Below are positions 56,976 to 64,000 of a stretch of 64,000 nt of DNA, one piece after another; the stretch's first letter is position 1; the number at the start of each line of letters is the position of its first letter. The position numbers and the translations under genes are program-made. Origin of the DNA: Bacteroidota bacterium (GTDB lineage: Bacteria; Bacteroidota; Ignavibacteria; Kapaibacteriales; NICIL-2); the NCBI GenBank assembly GCA_019695345.1, contig JAIBAE010000004.1, forward strand, positions 39,765 to 103,764. The letters are read 5' to 3'. The notes below the pieces were generated by a model. The model was given only the letters and a program-made list of their open reading frames with translations, did not search any database and had not been told where the DNA came from.

Positions 56976-57899
56976 TTACAACTTCCAAACAACTTTCTCT
57001 ATGTAAATTAACCTGCCACAGAAAAGCCCGATACCATCGCCGTTTATATTCCAATTGATATTCGTGCCGCCGCTGGAGAAAGCTCCATTACTGCCACTAC
57101 CACTACGGCGAGTGGTGTAGTATTCGTAGAATGGAAAGTCATTTAAATTCACAATCATAAAAGTATTATCGGATTTTTTCATTGAGTCAATGTGAGAAGT
57201 TGAAGTAGCATAGAGTGTTCTACTACCATATAGTGGGTAGCTTTTACTACCATCGTTCTTAGAACTCATAAAATTCCGTACTGCAAATTGGATACTTGAA
57301 AACGTTGTTGTATCATTAACTACATCTTGTGTCGTTAACAAAATACTAGGCGTACTCTTGGTATAAGCAAACCCAAATACCTGATATGGAAGCTTAGCAG
57401 ATATGTTATAAGATGCTATGTAATAGAGTGTTGAGTCTTTATCATCAAAATATACATAGTTAGTCCAATACTCATATTCAGTCTCAAAGGATGGAAGTGT
57501 TGGGATGGTTGTGGTAGCAGTAATGTTATGTCCTTTCCAACTTGCTTTAAGATTGTAAGTAATACCTGGTTGCACATATAAGGTATCGCCGTTTGATTTT
57601 ATTGCTACATAAAATCCCATACGTACATGCCGCATGGTTGCAGTATCTCCGGCGTTGGTGATAATAGTTGCATCAACATTTGTGAGACGGAAAGCCGCAG
57701 TATCGTATGGTTGTTTACTTACTACATCGGTTAACGGCGGCATTGTTTTAGAAAATGTGATTTGTAATGGAAGTCCGGATGTTATCATTCCGTCCACAAC
57801 TATTTTCTCTATGTACGGAAGTGTACCAAAGTCAACTACTGTTTCCCTGCAAGAGAGCAAGAGTACACAGCATACAACTATTAGTAATACATTTCTCAT
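56976..57899 (-). CDS. DUF4249-like lipoprotein (TonB-dependent-receptor-associated).
   Basis: Lipobox LLSC. A paralog of the next gene with the same length of 307 aa. Begins GTLPYIEKIVVDGMITSG... Confidence 0.55.
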   Translation of the reverse strand: MRNVLLIVVCCVLLLSCRETVVDFGTLPYIEKIVVDGMITSGLPLQITFSKTMPPLTDVVSKQPYDTAAFRLTNVDATIITNAGDTATMRHVRMGFYVAIKSNGDTLYVQPGITYNLKASWKGHNITATTTIPTLPSFETEYEYWTNYVYFDDKDSTLYYIASYNISAKLPYQVFGFAYTKSTPSILLTTQDVVNDTTTFSSIQFAVRNFMSSKNDGSKSYPLYGSRTLYATSTSHIDSMKKSDNTFMIVNLNDFPFYEYYTTRRSGSGSNGAFSSGGTNINWNINGDGIGLFCGRLIYIEKVVWKL

Positions 57900-58819
57900 T
57901 TAAACACTATCGGAGTTTTGTGGTTTGTTTTTGCTAAAAATAATCCTAATCCATCACCTTTAATATTCCACGAAACATTTTGCCCGCTTGCGCCAAAGAA
58001 GTCGCCATCTCCGTTGTTGTTCCATTCTGTATTAAGGTAACTCAGGAATTGGTGATCGTAACTTTCGGTAAGGACATAAACTTCCTTGTATAGATCTAAT
58101 GCTTCGCTTGCTGTTGAAACATATTCTTCGTTGTACGTAAAAATTCTACCGGAAGTAGAGTCAGCTGAAACATACGTACGGAAAACCGGACGGTAACTGT
58201 TAAATCTATCAAACTCCGACAAGCTATCTATATCAGATGGAACTTCATGAAAGGCTTTCCAACTCTTTTCATTTTGTTTGTAGGTAATCCATAAGCTGTT
58301 TGTTATAAGATCGTTAGTGTTTAAGAGATATTTATACTTGACATCAATCTCTAATACAACCGGATAATTGTCGGAAACAGGTGTAAACTTTGCAGTATTA
58401 ACTTGCAATTGTTTTTCTTGTGGTGCTGTTGTTGTAGCGGAAATTATATGTCCGTTCCACTGTGCGTTAAGGATGTAGGTTTTTCCAATTTCACAATACA
58501 AGGTATCGCCATTTGGTTTGCGTGCAAAGTATTCGCCAACACGGATATGTTGCAATGTACATACTTGATTATCTACGGTGATAGTAGCTACTACGTTTGT
58601 TAAACGGATTGCAGCAGTATCAAATCCACGCCAGGAATCCAGACTTGTGGTTGGCGGCATTGTTTTGGAGAATGTAACTTTGATTGGCTCGCCTGAAGTT
58701 ATCATGCCATCCACTACTATTTTTTCCAGATACGGAACTTCACCAAGTTCTACGGTTTGTTCGCAGGAGCTTAGTGTAACAAGTAATGCAATTGCTAAAA
58801 GTATAATGCTATGTTTCAT
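57896..58819 (-). CDS. DUF4249-like lipoprotein, tandem paralog.
   Basis: Lipobox LSSC. Begins EVPYLEKIVVDGMITSGEPIKVTFSKTMPP. It overlaps the downstream paralog by 4 bp (ATGA). Confidence 0.55.
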   Translation of the reverse strand: MKHSIILLAIALLVTLSSCEQTVELGEVPYLEKIVVDGMITSGEPIKVTFSKTMPPTTSLDSWRGFDTAAIRLTNVVATITVDNQVCTLQHIRVGEYFARKPNGDTLYCEIGKTYILNAQWNGHIISATTTAPQEKQLQVNTAKFTPVSDNYPVVLEIDVKYKYLLNTNDLITNSLWITYKQNEKSWKAFHEVPSDIDSLSEFDRFNSYRPVFRTYVSADSTSGRIFTYNEEYVSTASEALDLYKEVYVLTESYDHQFLSYLNTEWNNNGDGDFFGASGQNVSWNIKGDGLGLFLAKTNHKTPIVFK

Positions 58820-58920
58820 AGTTAGATGTATGTCAATTCTATAATGCGATGCTGAACGATTGGCTCCGCCTGTGTGCCGGAGCAGTTCGGTTGCTGCGGC
58901 AGAAGCGGGTTACCCAATAT

Positions 58921-61263
58921 CTAAAACTTAACACTTAGCCCAAATGTTGGAATTAACGGGAACAACGTAATTTGTTTTACCACTTTTTTAGAAGACTGTG
59001 TTGTGTTGTCGTATTCGGTTGCGATGTACTGTGCAAATGGATTTTTGTGATTGTATGCGTTATAAATGTTGATGGAAACTTGCCACGGAAGTTTAAACCA
59101 ACTGAATGAGTGCATAAAGTTTAAATCCATTTTGTGGAATGCCGGCAAACGATAGCCATTGCGTTCGCTATAATCGTAACGGATGCGGTCGCCAAATAAT
59201 CCGTTGTTGGGATAGTTAGGAATAACGTACACGCCTGTAGGCATTGTGTATGCTTGCCCTGTGCCATATACCCATGTAGCACCTAACTCCCACGATTCCC
59301 CAATACGGTAGGTTAGTGCTATGGATATATCGTGACGTCTGTCGTATCGTGGGTAGAATGGTTTCCCGTTGTTTAGTTCATCAAAGTAACGTTTGGTCCA
59401 CGATAATGTATAGCCAATCCATCCGGTAAACGAACCTACTTGTTTGTTTAAGAATACTTCTGCTCCGTATGCCTCGCCAAGACCTACAGTAAACTGCGAT
59501 TCGAGTGGTAAACCAAGCGAGAAGTTAGCGGTATCGCGGTATTCGTACAAGTTGCGCATGTCTTTGTAATATGCCTCAACACTGAGTTTGTATTCGTTAT
59601 CGTTCAGTGTTGTTTCGTAACCAAGTGTTCCTTGAATTGAGCGCGAAGGTTTAACTGTTTCGGTTGATGGAAACCACAAATCGGTTGGTAAAGCTATATC
59701 GTTACGTACAATAAGATGTAAGAACTGATGCGCCATCGCAAACGAGGCATTGATTCTCGATTCCGGAGTTAATGAATATGCTGCGGATAATCGTGGTTCG
59801 AACTGGAAGTAATTTCCTTGGTTAAAATAATATAATCTGCCACCAAGGTTAGTTGTCAGGTTTTCTGTTGCATCCCATTCGTCTTGTACATACAACGCAC
59901 CTTCAAAAGCATTTTTGGTAGTGGCGCGGAAGATTAACTCGTTACTATTTGGTGCGAGTGAATCGCTTGCATTTGCGGTGAACTTATGCAAAATAGTTTC
60001 AAACCCGGCTTTTATGCGATGTTCGGCAGCGGGGAAGTATTGAAGTTCGCCGCGTGCCATGTAATCACGGATTTGCGATAACGTAGAGAATGTAAAGTCC
60101 GACGACGTGTTGGGATTATGTTCTCCAAACGAGGTGTTAAAACTGTAGTCGGTATAAATTGCCGAGAAGTTTGTAAACACTTCGTCGGAGTGGATGTGCA
60201 TCCAGCGAATGTTTGCTGTTGAGTTTCCCCAATCAATACCAAAAGTGCTTCCTTGGTCGCGCTCCCGTTTTGGTTCGGCCAATACATCTTTACCAAAGTA
60301 ACCACTTACAAACAGACGGTCGTTTTCGCCAAGTTTGTAGTTTACTTTTGCATTTAAATCGTAGAAGTAATAGGTGGGAGTTTCATCGCGCGAGGCAGGA
60401 CTTAACATAGCAAGCAGTACATCCAAATACATACGTCTGCCGGAAATCATAAAGGTTGATTCCTTGTTAATAGGTCCTTCCACCATAGCACGTGAAGCAA
60501 TAAGCGAAATACCTGCTGTACCACTTATTTTTTCTTTTGTCCCTTCGCGCATGGTTAAATCTAATACAGAAGAAAGTCTTCCGCCGTATTCGGCAGGGAA
60601 GCCGCCTTTAATAAGTTTAATATCTTTAAGTGCGTCGCTGTTAAACGTAGAAAGAAATCCACCAAGATGCGAAGGATTATACACAATAACGCCATCTAAT
60701 AATGTAAGGTTTTGGTCTGGCGAGCCACCGCGAACGTATAATCCACTTGAAATCTCACTTGCACTTTTTACACCCGGTAACAACTGCAACACGCGGAACA
60801 CATCAACCTCGCCACCCAGCGATGGCATTTGTTGTATAAACTGTGGTGTTACCGTTACCGTACTAATTGTGCTTGTGGGAGTTTCCTTATCGGCTGTAAC
60901 GGTAACTTGTTGTGCTAGCCTTGCCTGCGAAACAATACTTACATCTATACGCTTTGTTTTGCCGCTTACCACAATTGGCACGCGTTGTTTTTTGTAACCA
61001 ATTAACGATACATTCAGAATGTACGTGCCATCGGCAATATTGGGAATAGAAAAGAATCCAAACTTATTTGTGATTGCTCCGCGAAGTGGCTTAGATACGG
61101 AATCCTTGGTAATATACACAGCCGCACCAACAACGGTTTCACCCGATGTGGAATCAGTTACTACTCCGGAAACTGTATATCCCGGTGTAGGCTGTTGCTT
61201 TCGTGCAAAAGCATTACCGCACAACCCCAATACTACTACACAAATACTAAAAATATATCTCAT
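58921..61263 (-). CDS. TonB-dependent receptor with an N-terminal carboxypeptidase-regulatory-like domain.
   Basis: The likely start is MRYIFSICVVVLGLCGNAFA. The N-terminal domain is GVVTDSTSGETVVGAAVYI. The plug region is EISSGLYVRGGSPDQNLTLLDGVIVYNPSHLGGF. The C-terminal beta-barrel ends in F. Confidence 0.8.
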   Translation of the reverse strand: MRYIFSICVVVLGLCGNAFARKQQPTPGYTVSGVVTDSTSGETVVGAAVYITKDSVSKPLRGAITNKFGFFSIPNIADGTYILNVSLIGYKKQRVPIVVSGKTKRIDVSIVSQARLAQQVTVTADKETPTSTISTVTVTPQFIQQMPSLGGEVDVFRVLQLLPGVKSASEISSGLYVRGGSPDQNLTLLDGVIVYNPSHLGGFLSTFNSDALKDIKLIKGGFPAEYGGRLSSVLDLTMREGTKEKISGTAGISLIASRAMVEGPINKESTFMISGRRMYLDVLLAMLSPASRDETPTYYFYDLNAKVNYKLGENDRLFVSGYFGKDVLAEPKRERDQGSTFGIDWGNSTANIRWMHIHSDEVFTNFSAIYTDYSFNTSFGEHNPNTSSDFTFSTLSQIRDYMARGELQYFPAAEHRIKAGFETILHKFTANASDSLAPNSNELIFRATTKNAFEGALYVQDEWDATENLTTNLGGRLYYFNQGNYFQFEPRLSAAYSLTPESRINASFAMAHQFLHLIVRNDIALPTDLWFPSTETVKPSRSIQGTLGYETTLNDNEYKLSVEAYYKDMRNLYEYRDTANFSLGLPLESQFTVGLGEAYGAEVFLNKQVGSFTGWIGYTLSWTKRYFDELNNGKPFYPRYDRRHDISIALTYRIGESWELGATWVYGTGQAYTMPTGVYVIPNYPNNGLFGDRIRYDYSERNGYRLPAFHKMDLNFMHSFSWFKLPWQVSINIYNAYNHKNPFAQYIATEYDNTTQSSKKVVKQITLFPLIPTFGLSVKF

Positions 61264-61329
61264 ACTTAACCTTACATTTTTACTACCGACAATATACGGT
61301 ATTACCATTCAATCATTTGTTAAAGGTTT

Positions 61330-61395
61330 ATTCTGCTATCGCCTGACCGCGCCTAACGCCATATAAGCCACAACCTTTGTGTGCGGGATAGAAGC
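61330..61395 (+). repeat. Intergenic A/B element, forward copy.
   Basis: ttctgctatcgcctgaccgcgcc ... gtgtgcgggatagaagc. Confidence 0.6.
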
Positions 61396-61535
61396 GTACC
61401 AAACATAAAACCATTGAACGTGCTATAATAACATGTGAGATGGAACGACAGCAGAATAGAGTATTTGTTTCAATAAATACTTCTGTATTGTTAAGAAAGA
61501 TAGGACAATGTACTTAAGTGTAATTATTGGTAACT

Positions 61536-62699
61536 TTAGTTCATAAGTTTGTAGGCAGAAGGTATGTTTCTACTAATAATATTAGATGGAGCACTAAGTC
61601 CATGAATAAAAACCTGACCATTCAATTTATTTACAAATTGTTGTGGTTTACCATTGTACCAATAAGCATATGCAGCTACATATACTTTTTTACCAGCATT
61701 TTGAATATGCCATCGTGAGACAACACGCTGGTCACCTGGTTCATACGTACTAAAACCATAGGATTTGTAAAATTCTCTTTTGGGATTGTAAACAGGTCCA
61801 ATAAATTGGTAGAATTCGTGATTATTAATTGATACATTTTCCGATGTACTATAAACCATCAATATACCTACTTGTTTCCCATATGCTTCTGGTGTTACTT
61901 TACCCGATATAGATAAGTATGTAATTGTATCCAAACTTCCATTTTGGTGATGGTAAATCACACACGTATCCTGAGTATAGCTTCCGTCCCAAAAGTTTAT
62001 GCCACTGGAAACTACATTTAGGTTTGGTTTTTGAGTTAAAATTATCGTAGTATAGCCATTAAGTGTTAATGTAAATGTTGATTGTAAAGTTGTAGAATCT
62101 GGTAGATATACATTTTCAACCTCCAAATCATCAAAACCTGAACATTGAAACAAAAGTGAATGGCTGCCCTTAGGAAAAGTTTTAAAGTTATAAGTGCCAT
62201 CCGAATTACTAGTTGTGAAAAATGAAGTTCCTTTTATACTAACACGTACACCACTTTTATCTTGGATATCATTACCATCCATATCAATCAATCGGATACT
62301 ACCTGTTAACCATTTATTCTTTGCAATTTCTTGAGTATCAGATTTTCTCATTTGCCGAAGTATTACATTTTGCATTGTATAAGTTCCATTTCCTACAAAC
62401 TGAAAATTTTCTACTGTATAATTAACAAAGCCCTCCTTTGAAAATACAACTGTATAAATTCCGGCATCAAGCTTTTCAATTAAATACTTACCTGATGAAT
62501 CTGTTGTAGAACTAATAGTACTATTTCCCTGAAAAGTAATGTTAACATCAGAATGGCTATTTAAAAGTACTCCAAGTGAATCTTTTAAATTGACAAGACC
62601 TTGAACTCTACCGTGTGGTATTGTCACTACTGTATCATTACATCCTGAATTCAAGGAAATGAATAATACTGCAAGCAAAAAAAAGGAAGTAACCTTCAT
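61536..62699 (-). CDS. Hypothetical lipoprotein with Ig-like or carboxypeptidase-regulatory-like beta domains.
   Basis: Lipobox LNSGC. Begins GKYLIEKLDAGIYTVVFSKEGF, with ...DGTYNFKTFPKGSHSLLF repeats. Confidence 0.5.
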   Translation of the reverse strand: MKVTSFFLLAVLFISLNSGCNDTVVTIPHGRVQGLVNLKDSLGVLLNSHSDVNITFQGNSTISSTTDSSGKYLIEKLDAGIYTVVFSKEGFVNYTVENFQFVGNGTYTMQNVILRQMRKSDTQEIAKNKWLTGSIRLIDMDGNDIQDKSGVRVSIKGTSFFTTSNSDGTYNFKTFPKGSHSLLFQCSGFDDLEVENVYLPDSTTLQSTFTLTLNGYTTIILTQKPNLNVVSSGINFWDGSYTQDTCVIYHHQNGSLDTITYLSISGKVTPEAYGKQVGILMVYSTSENVSINNHEFYQFIGPVYNPKREFYKSYGFSTYEPGDQRVVSRWHIQNAGKKVYVAAYAYWYNGKPQQFVNKLNGQVFIHGLSAPSNIISRNIPSAYKLMN

Positions 62700-62909
62700 A
62701 ACTTTGTTTAGTATAAATGAAACTTATCAGGTCTAAATTTAATTATGGAGTCATAACTCCAAGCAATGCTTCTTATGTTTACATTCTATAATTACATGAA
62801 TAACAACAAATAAACATTTGCTTTGTTTCATGCTTTCTTTTTGTTATCAGCTTCAAGTAACGTTGTAAGCTATTTTACCAAGTAGTTATGTAGAACATTA
62901 ATTTAAAAA

Positions 62910-63407
62910 CTATTGCAAATTTCTTGATACTACAGTGACAATACGCTTTGGTGAAAACTTCAACACTAAGTATTCAAGCTGATATAAAGGTATAGCCGGA
63001 GAGCATAAAATGTTGTTTTGAGATGATAATTTCAAAATTGATTTCAAATCATTTGGAGTATCGTAATAAAACCATGAATCCAAGGTGTCGTTATGAAGTT
63101 TTGAGTTAAAAACGTTTGTATATTTTGGGTAATAAGGATATGAACCCTTTATATGAATTTTTACTATATCTAGCAGATTCGAATCTAATATTACGGAATA
63201 TGGTAAGGTGTCAGAATTAGCACTATAACTCTGATAGGAGAATCTTAGTGATAATTGTTTGTTTGGAATAATTGGTACAAATACTGAAACAGAATCATTT
63301 TTTGTTAAAATCTGAATTGGCTTTGTATTTCCACAAGTATTATCTATGTCGCACCCAATTAAGGCAGTCATAGTTAGTGTGAGTAAAACAAGCAAGGTAT
63401 TCTTCAT
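62910..63407 (-). CDS. Hypothetical lipoprotein (AT-rich).
   Basis: Lipobox ALIGC. 165 aa with no motif. Confidence 0.4.
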   Translation of the reverse strand: MKNTLLVLLTLTMTALIGCDIDNTCGNTKPIQILTKNDSVSVFVPIIPNKQLSLRFSYQSYSANSDTLPYSVILDSNLLDIVKIHIKGSYPYYPKYTNVFNSKLHNDTLDSWFYYDTPNDLKSILKLSSQNNILCSPAIPLYQLEYLVLKFSPKRIVTVVSRNLQ

Positions 63408-63480
63408 ATAGGTTAGGTGCTAATAGTTTGTAATATGTTGCCCTTGTGACAAATGTACCAAGAGTTTGTTTCATAAAAAA

Positions 63481-63543
63481 AGTCCGATGGGTAGTCGGAC
63501 TTTTAAATTAGTCCAGTCAGGTGTTACACCTGACTTTTAGTAG
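63481..63543. repeat. Two perfect hairpins immediately 3' of the partial RAYT gene. They may be REP-like, a terminator, or both.
   Basis: aaaagtccgatgggtagtcggactttt and agtcaggtgttacacctgact. Confidence 0.5.
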
Positions 63544-63544
63544 T

Positions 63545-64000
63545 TTACCAGATTAATTCAGATACATGACGTACTTTTACAATGTCTTTAGATACTGCAG
63601 ATTCATAAAAGCCCGCACTAGAGAATTGATAATCATTTCTACTGACACACAGTTTACATTTTACAGGATTGTTATGTATATAATTGATTTTGGTGAGTAG
63701 TATCTCACGTGTCCAAAGTGGTACAGCGTCGTATCTGCTCATCCAGATTCTAAATTCTTGAGTCCTGTTTTGATATCTCAAAGCCTGCTCTACTAGTAGT
63801 CTATTGTCTTCTTGAAGTTTTCTACGTAAAACACTGGAGGCAAATTTCTTAAAGTCCCGCATGAAGTCTGATAGTTTTGATTCCACATTGAAATAAACTA
63901 CAAAGTGTATGTGGCTAGGCATCCACACATATCCAATTATGTCTGCTGAATATTTTTCACAACAGTAATTGATTGAATTGCTTAATACAAGATAATATGA
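63545..64000 (-). CDS. Second IS200/RAYT-like tyrosine transposase. Partial: the N-terminus lies beyond the window end.
   Basis: HuH motif WMPSHIHFVV. YIHNNPVKCKL is the catalytic-Tyr region. The frame stays open to position 64000. Confidence 0.7.
   Translation of the reverse strand, partial: SYYLVLSNSINYCCEKYSADIIGYVWMPSHIHFVVYFNVESKLSDFMRDFKKFASSVLRRKLQEDNRLLVEQALRYQNRTQEFRIWMSRYDAVPLWTREILLTKINYIHNNPVKCKLCVSRNDYQFSSAGFYESAVSKDIVKVRHVSELIW

Overview
This 64 kb window looks like a chromosomal region of a moderate-GC bacterium from the FCB group (Bacteroidota, Ignavibacteriota or a related lineage). The evidence is several proteins ending in type IX secretion (T9SS) C-terminal sorting domains, an archaeal-type class II ProRS, and DUF4249 lipoproteins beside a TonB-dependent receptor. 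Two paralogous giant surface-protein genes in inverted orientation dominate the window. Gene A lies at 1..7692 on the minus strand and runs off the window edge. Gene B lies at 28813..42132 on the plus strand and encodes about 4440 aa. Both are built from near-identical tandem repeats of 240 bp. Gene B also has seven repeats of about 1 kb. It ends with a phage-tail-fibre-type intramolecular chaperone (peptidase S74-like) followed by a T9SS C-terminal domain (CTD). The other genes are housekeeping (proS, M42 peptidase, TrmN6-like methyltransferase, thiamine pyrophosphokinase, Leu/Phe/Val dehydrogenase), outer-membrane proteins (TolC-like, OmpA-like, TonB-dependent receptor with DUF4249 partners), a DUF1800/DUF1501 pair, and several AT-rich hypothetical cassettes. 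Two IS200/RAYT-like tyrosine transposases are present. One sits with REP-like hairpins at the 3' end of a frameshifted BNR-repeat T9SS cargo gene, and a 135 bp piece of that gene's CTD is duplicated downstream. The other is partial at the window end. The most striking non-coding feature is a family of at least 16 intergenic bipartite elements of 60-70 nt (TTTGCTATCGCC-N-GACCGCACC ... TGCGGGA[A/G]AG). They occur in both orientations. Three loci carry head-to-head copies that form MITE-like palindromes of 140-230 bp. No rRNA, tRNA or CRISPR array was recognised.
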